Under the pieces are notes generated by a model. It saw only the letters and a program-made list of their open reading frames with translations. It did not search any database and was not told the DNA's origin. A stretch of DNA of 64,000 nucleotides from Octopus vulgaris. Its lineage: Eukaryota. Position numbers and translations under genes: made by a program. Each line of letters begins with the position of its first letter. Positions within the stretch are counted from its first letter, which is position 1. Below, one piece after another: positions 25,896 to 39,130 of this stretch. Location: NCBI GenBank assembly GCA_951406725.2, contig OX597825.1:68944001-69008000 (forward strand), in the 5' to 3' direction.

Positions 25896-25966
<71 letters not shown>

Positions 25967-27164
25967 TAAATCGATGTATGTGTATATATGCGTATTTACA
26001 TGTAAGAAGAAAAAGGAGGCAGGTAAATACTTCTGATACGATGTTATTAACATTTACGTATAAGAAATATAGATGAAACATTCTGTCGATTATCAATATG
26101 GAGGAATAGAAGATATCTAAAACGCGAGAAGCATAAATGAAAAAAATTCTGTCAAAAAACAGGGAAATAAAATAAAAAATTAAAAAAAGATGACTATATA
26201 TATATATATATATATGAAATATTCCAGCAACATTTCCAAGTAACAAAAATATTTAAAAGCAAATTATCTCCCCTAACATCTCAAAGAGTGAAAAATAATA
26301 ACATGCTAATGTCATCCATTAATGGCGGTTTAATGGCTGAAAGAAGATACAAAATGGAAACTCCATCACTGAAAAAAAAAAATATATATATAAAATGTGA
26401 ATAATGAACAAGAGAGAACTACTGAGAACAAGGTTATATGACAAACCGATTGTTTTGAAGATATATGCTGGAAGAGTAGGGAAGGGGGAAGTAATTACAT
26501 GAAAATTACAGGTGTTTAGTTAAAACTAATGTAACAAATGCTTTATAGTACAAAAGTAAAAGGTTTTTACGTTAAGCCTAATGATTTCTCTGTTCCATAG
26601 GAAAGAAATACATTAAAGAATAAACATCAACTGTAAATAACATAGCAACAGCCATTACCATCACGTTAAAGTAACTATTATAACTAATTATGGTGTTGCG
26701 AATGCAATCGAGGTCAGCCTTGTTTTTCGTTTGTTTAGCGTCGTTGAAATAAAACACCAGACTAGTATTGGAATCGATATAAACGTCTAATCCGCATTCC
26801 TTTCTAAATTAATGGCCTCATGCTGAAATCAGAAACAAGTGTATTGTTGCGAATTAAGGATAACCACTCCGTGTGCTAGAAATATCAATAAAATCCTACT
26901 TTATTAAAAGGCAAACTATAGCTGACCAACAGATGACGACCGTAACAAAAGTAATATCAGCGATCGTAAGTATGTTGAATGAGTGTTGACCTGGGGGATA
27001 AACAATAAAAGACAGCAACAATAACACTAATAAAGTGCATTACACAGTGTAACACGATTTTTCTCCTTGGGTAGCAGCTGTTACTTCCTATTTGCTTAAC
27101 CCTAGAAATTATTAAAAAATGGCTAATATTTTCTTCAAACTTTACTTTCGTTACGTTTATTCAA

Positions 27165-27320
27165 ACCCCAAAGAATCCCTCTCAACACATGGCTATTTTG
27201 CTCCCCTTCCCCAGTACTCCTGCTCATGATCAGAGATACACATATTTTCAGCCACTAAGGTGCTTAAGGCCAAGCAATTGACAGGCAAATCTGTGGTATT
27301 GAGCAGAATATTTGCTATTA
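27165..27320 (-). mobile_element. Group D element fragment
   Basis: GCAAATCTGTGGTATTGAGCAGAATATTTGCT and CATGATCAGAGAT match the reverse complement of 16760-16920. Confidence 0.75.
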
Positions 27321-27631
27321 CGATATTTCTGCTTCAGCAACTCAGTGCTGAATCTGTCTGAAATGTAATGGGAAATAGGTCAGTTTCAAACCATAGATGT
27401 CCAGGTCACGAAAGTAGAGTTTGAAGGGAATAATAGTAATTTCCTTAGATTGCAAAAAAAAAAAGCAAATAGAAAATAAATAACATTTACTGACCGAAGA
27501 CAAGAAAAAAAAATTGTGTCATTGTTATTTGTAATATAATGGCAATGTCCGTTGAACAGCAAAAATGAAAAAAGCAAAAAACAAAAATATTCTTACCGCA
27601 CACAGCCACGCCTGCGCCCATATATTTATAA

Positions 27632-27810
27632 GATGAGTTAGCACGTCGGGCAAAGTGCTTAGCAGTATTTCGTCTATCATTACGTTCTGAGTTCAAATTC
27701 CGCTGAGGTCGACTTTGCCTTTCATCCTTTCGGGGGTCGATGAATTAAGTACCAGTTGCGTACTGGGGTCGACCTAATCGACTGGCTCCCTCCCCAAAAT
27801 TTCGGGCCTT
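27632..27810 (+). mobile_element. SINE group C
   Basis: TTAGCACGTCGGGCAAAGTGCTTAGC...GAGTTCAAATTCCGCTGAGGTCGAC. Confidence 0.85.
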
Positions 27811-28569
27811 GAGTTCAAATTCCACAGAAGTCGAATGTGCTATTTATAAGATCTATAACTTCAGGTACATTCTAGACATAGAGGGAAAGAAAGTGGGAGA
27901 GAGACAGATAAAATGACCCTGATGATACAAATGAATATTGACTTGGTCAATGCCTGATCTGGGAATTGAACTCATAGCAGAGAGGACTGGAACGAATGCC
28001 GCTATGCATCGAAACCGACACTCTAACAACTCAACGTCTGTCTCGACTCAAACGTCTTTGCTATGATGTAATAAATATATCACATAATTTTCGCTCTCTA
28101 TATCTATCAGATGAAATACAATCTCTCATCCCTTCTGTGATATAATAATCGTATATTTCTTAATTTATCATTTTTCGATTCTATCGAAATGGCAAGCAAT
28201 ACAGTGAAACCAGGTTGTCAAACGTTATAGCTGTTTCATTGCCCCTATCTTCTTTCATAGTTAACATCTAGTGAGACATATCTTCTACTTTCAGTTCTTT
28301 TGTTTCTCTTTGTCGTCAATGATTTGTTTGGAGGTTGAATGAAATGCATGCAGGAGTTATTATCGATTCTAATTACACACAGATACATCAATATTCCGAT
28401 ATTATTATTATTACTATTATTAGTGTTTATTGCCAAAGAATGAAAAATTGCGCGCAGATAAGACAAGTTTTGAAGAAACTTGTGCATTGTTATCGTTATT
28501 ATAAAACGGGAAAGAAAAATTAATTGCATTCTAGAAATATATATATTACACACATATATATTATGTGCT

Positions 28570-28571
28570 TA

Positions 28572-28636
<65 letters not shown>

Positions 28637-28891
28637 GTCTATCTATATACATTTATATCTATATACATTTATGTCTATATACATCTATATCTATATACAT
28701 CTATATCTCTATACATCTATATCTCTATACATCTATATCTATCTATCTATCTATATTTATATCTATATACATTTATGTCTATATACATCTATATCTATCT
28801 ATATCTCTGTACATCTATATCTATATACATCTGTATCTATATACATCTATATCTCTATACATCTATATCTCTATACATCTATATCTGTCTG

Positions 28892-28925
<34 letters not shown>

Positions 28926-28926
28926 G

Positions 28927-28967
<41 letters not shown>

Positions 28968-28985
28968 CCTATATATATATATATG
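28570..28985. repeat. (TCTA)n microsatellite with a derived ~18-bp TATACATCTATATCT-type minisatellite
   Basis: Visible tandem periodicity; source of the YLSI/IYIY ORFs. Confidence 0.9.
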
Positions 28986-29349
28986 TATATACACGCACAC
29001 GTGCATATACATATAGACAAGGCTATAAATCAAATGCCATCAACTGAGTGATGGAAATGTAGCCATAAAAAAGAATTACAGCCTCAAAACTACAGGACGA
29101 TATAACATATATTTTCTCATTTCTTGCTTTTCATATGCAGTGAATGGTTAGAACATTAAAAATCATTCCCGCCATCTATCTTATCAGATTTATTTTAAAT
29201 CCACCGAGGGTAAATTTATATGTAATCCATTTAAATTCGATAACATAACAAACGAGAATTTAATGACGAGTGACTGTACATCGTCTCCATAAAACATGGT
29301 ACGTCGTTGTTCTTTTTTCTGTTTTTTATTTTTACCAATTAGAAATAAA

Positions 29350-30125
29350 AGTTAGCGAAGCGAAGGTAGTGAACAAATTGCTGAACGATGTTTCTCCAAA
29401 CTTTACATTTTGAGTTCAAATTCCACAGAAGTCGAATGTGTATTTCATGCTTTCAGATTCGATAAAATAATCACCAGTTGAGTGAAATTTGAAATGAATA
29501 TTATTTGTTGAAGCGAAGCTGGTGATCGGGCATAATCGTTAGCACGCTTGACGAAATGATTTGCGGTATTTCTTTCGACCGTACGTTCCGAGTTCAAATT
29601 CTGCTGAGGTCGACTTTGCCATTTCTCCTTTCGGAATCGATAAAATAACAACCAGTTGAGCACTGGGGTCGATGTAATCCGTATGTCTGTCCTTGTTTGT
29701 CCTCTCTGTGTTTAGCCCCTTGTGGGTAGTAAAGAAATAGGTATTAAGGCGGCGAGCTCGCAGAAACGTTAGCGGTATTCGTCTGTCGCTACGTTCTGAG
29801 TTCAAATTCCACCGAGGTCCACTTTGCCTTTCATCATTTCGGGGTCGATTATATAAGTACCAGTTACGCACTGGGGTCGATATAATCGACTTAATCCGTT
29901 TATCTGTCCTTGTTTGTCCTCTCTGTGTTTAGCCTCTTGTGAGTAGTAAATAAGCAGGTATTTCTTCTGTCTTTATGTTCTGAGTTCAAATTCCGCCGAG
30001 GTCGAATTTGCCTTTCATCCTTTCGGGGTCGATAAATTAGTTACCAGTTGCGTACTGGGGTCGATCTAATCGACTGTCTCCTCCCCCAAAATTTTGGGCC
30101 TTGTGCCCAGAGTAGAGAAAAATTA
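29350..30125 (+). mobile_element. Head-to-tail cluster of about four SINE group C copies
   Basis: GAGTTCAAATTC...GAGGTC-type motif repeated at about 29412, 29590, 29798 and 29982. Confidence 0.85.
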
Positions 30126-30503
30126 TTATTAGACGGGGAAAAATTCATTGCTCTTTTAAGAAATATATATATTATAGATATATATTTCTGCCATAAATCA
30201 GAAGTCACCAATGAAAGTAATAAAAGTACCGCCATAAAAATCCCATAAGGGCAAATAACAAGTGTTCTCATATTTTCTCTCTTCTTTTTATATGCAGTGA
30301 ACATATCATTGGAAAGTAGTATTATACTAACAGAATATCGTATTAACATCATCCGTCTAACAAGATGGAATTTCATTCTGTCTTCTTAATCTACTGGGGG
30401 ATGAATTACTATGTAATCTTTTTAGATTAATAACATAAAAAAGAACAGAATCGGGACTGACTACGCATCCTTTATAAAAACTAGCTGTTTTTTTTCCTCA
30501 TTA

Positions 30504-30722
30504 CAATAATCCCCCGACTATCGCGGGTGCTACTTTCCAAAACCATCCGCGATGGGTGAAAATCCGTGAAGTAGAAACAGTACAGCATATTTAAGAAAAA
30601 ATATTTTAATAATTTGTATGTATTTATTTTATTATAAATGCAAAACAATCCCACGGAGAAATCGACGCAAGCTTAAATAATAAACCGCGGTAGGTAAACC
30701 GCAATATGGCGTGGGATTGCTG
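30504..30722. mobile_element. pogo/Tigger-like MITE
   Basis: TA|CAATAATCCCCCGACTATCGCGG ... CCGCAATATGGCGTGGGATTGCTG|TA imperfect TIRs. Confidence 0.7.
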
Positions 30723-30899
30723 TAGTTAAAAAATAAAAACCACCCATCAGTGTAATGCGTTGAAGGGGCGGTAGAATGTAAAAAGTTGTCATTACCTTGG
30801 CAGCAATTGCTCCAGAAATTTACGTTCTGAGTTCAAATCCCGATGAGGTCAACTTTAACTTTCAATGTTTTGGAGCCGATAAAATGACATTCAAGTTAT

Positions 30900-31133
30900 C
30901 TGTTTCTTTATTGCTCTCCGGAGGCTAAACATAGAGGGGACAAACAAGGGCAGACAGACGGATCAAGTCGATTACATCGGCCCCAGTGCGTAACTCGTAC
31001 TTAATTTATCGACCCCGAAAGGATGAAAAGCAAAGTCGATCTTGGAGGAATTTGAAATCAGAACGTAAAGACAGACGAAATATCGCTAAGCACTTCGCCT
31101 GGCGTGCTAATGTTTCTGCCAGCTCGCCGCCTT
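30900..31133 (-). mobile_element. SINE group C (full length)
   Basis: Reverse complement of 19107-19340. Confidence 0.88.
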
Positions 31134-31924
31134 ACACTCGAGTTTATAATAGCACACGCTTATCCAGTGTAGGAAACAAAAACTAAACCCGAAACTTCGT
31201 GGTTGAGAAGCAAAGTTTTTTAACTATAAAGCGATGCCTACAATATTTATTGTCGTTGATATATCTTCCTCTATTTGACTCAATTGCTATCGATCTATCG
31301 ACCTATCAGCATATTATTCAATAGTTCAGTATGATAAATAGAGTTAATAACTGCAACGTTTCTCTTAGAATTATTTCCCAACAGATGATAAAACTCTGTT
31401 AAGTTTAATCAAGGCTGCTCGGTAACATCTGAGCCCAAGAGCTGCGAGATAAAGAAAAATATAACATAACCCTATAAATGACGTATCTCAATCAGCTTTG
31501 TATAACTGAAATTTCTGTTTGGCCATATCAAACGCTTCAATACGTGAAGCAAAACAAGGAGAGCAAAGCTGAAATATCTTTGATCTACGACCATAAATTT
31601 GCTCGATCAGGGATAATCTGGGGCTCACTAACAATACAACAACACAACAACAGCAGCAAAAACAACAGTAGTCTTTTGCCGGTTTACAACAGTATACAGT
31701 ACCTCAACAGAGAGCTATAAAGAAGTATGTAGACCGAATAGTGTGACTGATTCTAATTTAAGTTTGCTTTGATCATAGCACAATGCATCTGCGTTGTTAT
31801 CCACTCAAACTGATCGTTCAAAATTTGTCCGTCTGAAGGTGAACATATTTCTCAATTTCTTCATTATAAATTTTGAAGTCAACAAAAGTGTATGGTTCTT
31901 GTAGAAGGTATCTTAACCAGTATG

Positions 31925-32090
31925 CACAAGCGTGGCTGTGTGGTAAGAAGCTTGTCTTCCACCCGTATGGTTCTGGGTTCAGTCCTACTACTTGGGACAC
32001 TGAACAAGTGTCTTCTATTATATCCTCGGACCGACCAAAGTCTTGCGATTGGATTTGGTAGGCGGAAATTGAAAGAAGTTCATTGTATAT
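31925..32090 (+). mobile_element. SINE group A, 5' half (diverged)
   Basis: GTGGCTGTGTGGTAAGAAGCTTG...GGTTCAGTCC. Confidence 0.75.
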
Positions 32091-33071
32091 GATACCTACT
32101 GTAGAAATGATTTGATTTGATCAAAAATCATTTATAGGATATCGCGTATAATTATAGTGTTGTGTATCGTGGAATAAGGTGGAATATCTCAACACGGAAA
32201 TTGGAAATAGCTGAAAGGAAAAGGTATCGCCTTCAGATCCCAAGAAAGGTGAGTTCGATCTCATTAGAAGGTTGACTCGTAGTTGGGCAAGATATTTAAG
32301 AAAAAAAATTATGATTGAATAACTTGGTATTGAGTATGTTGTTGGTATTGATGTGTAGCCACCGATTAACCTTAATCCAGAAGACACTCATACTCCAATC
32401 AATTCCATTTGCGAACATCCAATCTTTTCTCTTAGACAATGTGTTTTGGACAATATTATCCAAGGAGCATGCATTTTGTAAAGATGGCAGAACATGTGCT
32501 AAATGTGTTTTAAGATGGCAGAGTTTGTGTTTAATAATGGTTGAGTAGCTGTCAGTGAATACGTACAAGCTTTGCAGTAGTTAGTGAGCTACAAGATAGG
32601 ATCTCTTATTGATTTGTGAGTTCTTCCGGTCAATAACCAATAACACGGCAGACTTTATGATGCATTTCAAGTGAAAATTACATTGCTTCTCCCTGACCAA
32701 GATAAATTAGCTCTTTTAATGTTGTTATTGTTTAACGCAGTAAGCCCTCATCAAAGCCATTGTCAGGTGACCTATTTAGGGTGGTAAATATCAGATAATC
32801 GATATACAATTGTGAGTACTTTGCCAAAAAGGTTTACCGACAATTATCCAATATGATCGAACTGAAGTTAAGTAGCGGCTAAATGGACTCTTTCTTAATC
32901 GACAAAGAATTGTCTAAATATCGTTTGTAATGTGTTCATTATCACAGGACACGCATGTACTACGTCTCACTATATCTACAGTGATGTTGGATACACACAC
33001 ACACGGATGCACACACACATACACACGCAAATATATACATACACGTACGCACACGTCTCATAAGCATCGGT

Positions 33072-33120
<49 letters not shown>

Positions 33121-33151
33121 CATATATATATACATACACATATATACATAT

Positions 33152-33751
33152 ATAGGGTAGCGAATATTCTTAGAAATATCGCCACCAGTGGCCTAGCATG
33201 TATAAATAGTCAATAGACAACATATTCAATATAAAATATTGTACATTACCTGTTAAAGGGTAGTTTTCTTTTGTGTTTAAATGCACACTATTTTATATTG
33301 AATATGCTGTCTATTGACTATTTAAACATGCTAGGCCACTGGTGGTGATATTTCTAAGAATATTCGCTACCCTATCTTAGAAATATGATCTTAGCATTCT
33401 CGAAGAATCAGCTCGGCATTATCCATTTACTGTCGACTGAAACTGCGCTTGCGCGCTGAATTTTGAAGAGTTATAACATATAATGATGAGACACGTGTTA
33501 TTTGTCTCTGAATTATAAGTTAGTTGTTAAGGCCGGTTACTGATGAGAATTCGCCCAGCAGATTATCTTATTTGCTAAAGAAATTTGAAATCTTGGTATA
33601 ACAGCAAAAAATAACAAAAGTTTTTATTTTCATTTCTTTCGAAAATTGCTATTAATTGTGGTTTTGGCCAGTTTTGGCTGCTTCTTCTAGCGTGTAAAAT
33701 TACCTGTTAACGGGTAGTTTTCTCTTGTGTTTAAATGTACACTATTTTATA
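33152..33751 (+). mobile_element. Non-autonomous Penelope-like element: inverted + partial direct terminal repeats with a hammerhead
   Basis: 33152-33239 is the reverse complement of 33289-33375; 33246-33297 is directly repeated at 33700-33751; hammerhead at 33536-33602; TA-rich tracts on both sides. Confidence 0.75.
33536..33602 (+). ncRNA. Type I hammerhead ribozyme motif
   Basis: GTTA-CTGATGA-GAATT...AATTT-GAAA-TCTTGG-TA-TAAC: intact CUGAUGA/GAAA/UH core and a 4-bp stem I. Confidence 0.7.
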
Positions 33752-34411
33752 GAGTATATATATATATATATATATATATATGCGTGTGTCTGTTTGTATT
33801 TACATATATATATATGTGTGTGTGCGTTTTTTATGTCTTTGGCGCCAAACCACTTGATAACCATTGTTGGTTTGTTTAACTCCCCGTAATCTAGCTCTTT
33901 GGCGAAAGAAGCAGATAAAATTATTCGTAGACTTAAAAATTAAAAATACCTACTGGGACAGATTTGTTTGACCAACTAAACCCTGCAACGCAGGACTCCA
34001 GCATGGCTACAGTTCACTGACAGAAACAAGAGAAAGATTAACAGAATGATAAATATGTATTTAGTAAATAATAACCAGTGTTCTCCCTTGAAAATTTCAT
34101 GACAAAAATGTAATGGATGTAAAAAAGGCTCTTTAGGTTTTTTCGTCTACTCAATGGAATAGAAAGGAAAGGCGAATATCGATTCTTTTATTCTCTTACT
34201 TGTTTCAGTCATTTGACTGCGGTCATGCCGGAGCACCACCTTGGATTTTTTAGTTGAATGAACCGCCCCCAGTAATTATGTTTAAGCCTGGTAGTTATTC
34301 TATCGGTTTATTTTGCCGAACCGCTAAGTTACGGAGACGTAAAGACACCATCACCGGTTGTCAAGCGGTGATAGGGGTGGAACAAACAAGGACACAAAGA
34401 CACACGCACAC

Positions 34412-34451
<40 letters not shown>

Positions 34452-34467
34452 ACACACACACATATAC

Positions 34468-34675
34468 CAATTATTCTGTAGCCATGATAACTCCGAGTTT
34501 CGGATACCGAGGGGGAAATCCACGCCGCCATCTATTCAGTTATCCGGCATCCGAAACTCGGAGGTTTATCATGGCTACCGAATAATTGTCACATATTACA
34601 TTTACAGATAAATTCCTCTATTTACATAATATGGAGGGTCTTTCATTCTTTTGTTGCCTTACCAGTTTTATCAAT
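34468..34675. mobile_element. Fold-back hammerhead element (same family as 44098-44331)
   Basis: Arms 34468-34509 / 34545-34588; rc core ATAA-CTGAATA-GATGG...ATCC-GAAA-CTCGGAG-TT-ATC; outer flank homologous to 44098-44190. Confidence 0.75.
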
Positions 34676-34925
34676 ATATATATATATATATGTATATATT
34701 TATATAATATATTAAATTAGAGACAAAACCACTATCATGCAAATCAAACAAAGAAAGACTTAAGCCAATACATAAAATAATTTAATTAATTAATAATTTA
34801 ACATAATATAATATTTTACTATAAAATTGGATTCATTCCTAAATCTGATTTTTCCCTGTAAATTTGGATTTATTCCCTAATATTTATTATTATATATTTA
34901 TATATATACATACATACATACATAC

Positions 34926-34957
<32 letters not shown>

Positions 34958-34959
34958 GT

Positions 34960-35356
34960 ATCAAATGTGAGGATAAAATTCTTTTCGAAAAAAATATTTT
35001 CTCCCAAAAAATTTTATCAATGGCCAGCATATTAAAAAATACCTTTAACGGTTAAATTTATAAACAATTCATAAATCAGGGCAAAGGAAATTCTAATGCC
35101 AAATATGCCGAAAAATTGGACATATTGTCCATTAACCATATAATTTTTTCACAATACGCACGCTACTCGAAAAAAGGTCTTAGTAGCTAACTCTGAAATC
35201 GGTCCGATATGGTAATAATGGAATTTTTTAGAAATTTCTATCGACCTTTTTTCGAGTAGCGTGCGTATTGTGAAAAATTTTTATGGCTAATGGACAATAT
35301 GTCCAATTTTCCGGCATATTTGGCATTAGAATTTTTTTCCTTTGCCCTCATTTATG

Positions 35357-35360
<4 letters not shown>
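34960..35360. mobile_element. Fold-back element with ~115-bp arms (family related to 7763-8018)
   Basis: 35066-35179 is the reverse complement of 35243-35360; the loop holds GAAATCGGTC (hammerhead 3'-half-like); (TA)n flanks. Confidence 0.8.
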
Positions 35361-35422
<62 letters not shown>

Positions 35423-36509
35423 GATTGGCTGCTTTCAGTTTCCGTCTACAAGGCTTTGGTCGGCCCGAGGCTATAGTAGAAGACACTTGCCCACGGCACC
35501 ATGCTGAGGGACTGAACCCGGTACGATGTGGTTGTGAAGCAAACTTCATTCCACGAAACCACGCCTGCACCTATATACATATATCTATCATTAGTGAATT
35601 CACATTACACTAGGACCAGAAACGGATAGGTAACTTCTGCGGTTGTAATTGCACGGTTTTAATGATTTATCGTGTTCTTCAATATATTCATCACCCACGA
35701 CACAGCGAAATCTAATAACAAAAAGCAGGCCTGTTGTAAATGCAAAAGAAATGAAAAGAAAAACACTATTAGTAACAACAGGAGGCGAAGCAATAACATC
35801 AACGAAAATATTATCATCGCCAACGGTAACAACAATAATAGTTGAATTAATATTAGCAATAGAAGCAAAAACAAGGGAGGTAATACCTCTCCAGCACCGA
35901 CGACAGCAAGAACAAGGAAGATAACGCCGAGAGTAAGAGTAATAACAGTAGAAGAACGAAGTACAAGAGTGACAACTACAATATTAACAGCAACAAAAAT
36001 ATCGTTATTAACGTGACAATGGGTTTTTCATTGCAAGCAATCACCATTCAGAATGGCATAATATTATATCAATACTGTAAGAGTTTTCTGTTAATCACGG
36101 AAGCATTGAAGAAGCAGATACATCTCAGCTTTGGCTAACTTACGTAAATAATTTGAAAATGATTTAATTGGAATAAACAAGCATTTTGGTTCGTTTCAAG
36201 GAAACGTTTGGTATTGATTCTCGCAACGAAGAAAAATAATTCACAAAAGTAATTCACAAAAATAATTCACAAATCTAGAAGAAAACTAATTCACGAAGTT
36301 TTTTTCTTTTACATATAAAGCAGAGAAAACAATTTTGTTGTGTCGACTCCGTAGTTTTTTTTTTAAGATTATCGAGAAGTGGAAATGGAATATGTGAAAC
36401 TATTTTTTTTCTTCGAAGACTTCAATGCAATTCACGTTATTTGCAAAAATAAAACTATCGTGAGACCAAATGCTGGTTTCATATATTTAAGAAAGTTACT
36501 ATCTTTTGC

Positions 36510-36812
36510 GTTCTTCTTCTTCTTCTTCTTCTTCTTCTTCTTCTTCTTCTTCTTCTTCTTCTTCTTCTTCTTCTTCTTCTTCTTCTTCTTCTTCTTCTTC
36601 TTCTTCTTCTTCTTCAGGCGGCGAGCTAGTAGAGCCGTTAGCACACAGGGTGAGATGCTTAGCAGCATTTCGTCTGCCGCTACCTTCTGAGTTCAAATTT
36701 GACTTTCATGCTTTCGGGGTCGATTAAATAAGTACCAGTTACGCACTGCGGTCGATGTAATCGACTTAATACCTTTCCCCAAATTTGAGGCCTTGTGCTT
36801 CCAGTAGAAAGG

Positions 36813-36881
<69 letters not shown>

Positions 36882-37082
36882 ATGTCGTTTGCACGCCGGA
36901 CAAACTGCTTAGCGGCATCTCCTCTGTCTTTACGTTCTGAGTTCAAATCTGCCGAGGTCGACTTTGCCTTTCATCATTTAGGGTTTTATGAAACAAGTAC
37001 CAGTTGAGTTCTGGGGTCGATATAATCGACTATACCTCTCCCCTAAATTTCAGGCCTTGTGTCCCTAATAGAAAAGAATATT
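36510..37082 (+). mobile_element. (TTC)n tract followed by two SINE group C copies separated by (ATT)n
   Basis: SINE C at about 36615-36812 and 36885-37082. Confidence 0.8.
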
Positions 37083-37389
37083 ATTACACAAAAGCTATTA
37101 AATGCTAACTTCATTTGCAGGAAGGATTTTCTGAGGTTTGGTCACTAAAAGTGTCTTCAGATCTTAAGAATAGTACCTCACATTTAGTAATTTCCAGTTT
37201 TCGTGTCCAATCATCGAATTGGATATAAAATGGGTATTTTGTATCTTAAGCTGAGATCTAATAATCAGAAACGTGGAAATTTCGAATAATATAACATTCT
37301 TAACATTCTTTACTGCACTTATGTACTCACGTCACATATACGTACATACATGCATACATACGTACATATATAAATACATACATACGTAG

Positions 37390-37750
37390 TACATGGGTGC
37401 TTGACAGGTAATACGCAAGCCACAGAAGGGATTGATCATGTCAAAAGCTTGGTATGAAGAACTGTCAAGTTTATGGCAACCCACTTTAAAGTCTACATCC
37501 ACGCAATCCGAGAACAAAAGGTCCTCACTAATTACCTATAACATAAAAGACAGAAAACATTGACAGACAACAAACGTAGGCTGTGTAGGACCAAGAGAGA
37601 AGACATCAACCACATTATTGCCAACTGTGAAAGAATGGCTTCCAGATATTAGCTTCTCATGAAGCATAATGAAGTGGTCAAAACGGTCTGGAATAGGACA
37701 ACAAAAGAGAAAATGACTATAAACGAAGTTGACCACATTGAGACCAATTG
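37390..37750 (+). mobile_element. Old RLE-type LINE fragment (CCHC zinc-knuckle region)
   Basis: Reads TDNKRRLCRTKREDINHIIANCERMASRY*LLMKHNEVVKTVW (C-x2-C-x-H-C..RH[ND] pattern). Confidence 0.7.
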
Positions 37751-37764
37751 GTCAAAAGAATATA

Positions 37765-37997
37765 TATTTCTTTACTACCCACAAGGGGCCAAACACAGAG
37801 GGGACAAACAGGGACAGACAAAGGGATTAAGTCGATTCCATCGACCCCAGTGCGTAACTGGTACTTAATTTATCGACCCCGAAAGGATGAAAAGCAAAGT
37901 CGACCTCGGCGGAATTTGAACTCACAACGTAACGGCAGACGAAATACGGCTTCGCGTTTCGCCCGGCGTGCTAACGTTTCTGCCAGCTCGCCGCCTT
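37765..37997 (-). mobile_element. SINE group C with TSD TCAAAAGAATATA
   Basis: Reverse complement of 19107-19340; direct repeat at about 37752 and 37997. Confidence 0.9.
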
Positions 37998-38077
37998 CAA
38001 AAGAATATAGGTGGAGCTTAAAAATTATAACAACCACGTCAAAACGGTAGAGGAGTAGGGGTCGAAACCGGACGTGG

Positions 38078-38156
38078 TTCCTCCTGATGATGTCTTGAGC
38101 TAACTGGATCCTATAAAGGAGCTGTTGTGGTAGTAGACCACGAAACACGGTTGAAA
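38078..38156 (+). ncRNA. Degenerate hammerhead-like motif
   Basis: CCTC-CTGATGA-TGTCT...AGACCAC-GAAA-CACGG-TT-GA; a second GAAACCGGAC lies just upstream. Confidence 0.4.
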
Positions 38157-38872
38157 TTCCTAACACTACGATGGCAAAATTAGTCCATTTTTCGCTTCTA
38201 GTTAGTTACATTTGAAATCTTTCTTGAATAGTCAGATGTCAGTTTACTTGGAAAGTAACAATGGAATTATCAATAGGAATAGTTGAAATTAATGTATGCA
38301 AGACTTCACAGCTCTATAGCATCGCTCCTTCCACAGTCAGCCTACAAACTTTTCAGCTCACCCTCGTACACACACATACACACATACACACACATACACA
38401 TAGTTGCTATAATTATATCTTAAATTTCCAAATATAACTACTCCAATTAACTTTACGTGAGTGTGCGCTTGTGTGTCCGTGTCCGTGTGTGTGTGTACGT
38501 GTGTGTGTGCCTCTGTGTGTACGTGCCTCTGCGTGTGTGCGTGTCCGTGTGTGGGTGTGGTGTTGATAGCTATTACAATGAAGTATTATCTTATTTCATC
38601 TCATATACTTCACTGTTATAAGTAATGTCACAAATTATATTCAGTTTTATAGCCGGGAGAGATATCGTATAGTAGAACTCACATGTCTACTCTCATCGCT
38701 GTAACAACGGGAATAAGATATAAATTAATCAGCAAAGTGACAAATACATATTGTTTCCAGCACGTTCATTAATAAGAATAGGTCAATTAAATTTAATCAG
38801 ATTCTCAATGTGCTGGTGTGCAATAGAATTGACAACTATTTTACAAGATGAATAATAGTAGTAGTAGTTGTG

Positions 38873-38956
<84 letters not shown>

Positions 38957-38961
38957 TTAAT

Positions 38962-39045
38962 TAGGTGTGTTACCTTTGTTCACCTGTGGTGAACAGCTGG
39001 TGACGTATTACATCTCCAGCGCTAGAAGCTGTGCAAAGACAATAC
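38962..39045 (+). mobile_element. Dong/R4 LINE extreme 3' UTR fragment
   Basis: Matches the reverse complement of 53137-53215; TAA/CAA tracts on both sides. Confidence 0.75.
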
Positions 39046-39130
39046 ATAAAAACAACAACAACAACAATAATAATAATAGTAATAATAATAATAATACTAA
39101 TAGTAATAATGATAATAATAATAATAATAA

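Larger units (their letters stand above)
34185..35572 (-). mobile_element. One SINE group A copy split at its internal microsatellite by ~900 bp of inserted fold-back elements
   Basis: 3' half at 34185-34400 and 5' half at 35420-35572, same orientation and collinear. Confidence 0.75.

Noticed and set aside
29350-30125. Regularly recurring GAGTTCAAATTCC motif as a CRISPR-like array
   Set aside because: These are tandem SINE copies with homologous, not unique, intervening sequence in a eukaryotic genome.
32121-32640. Possible old retroelement coding relic on the - strand
   Set aside because: No diagnostic motif could be read.
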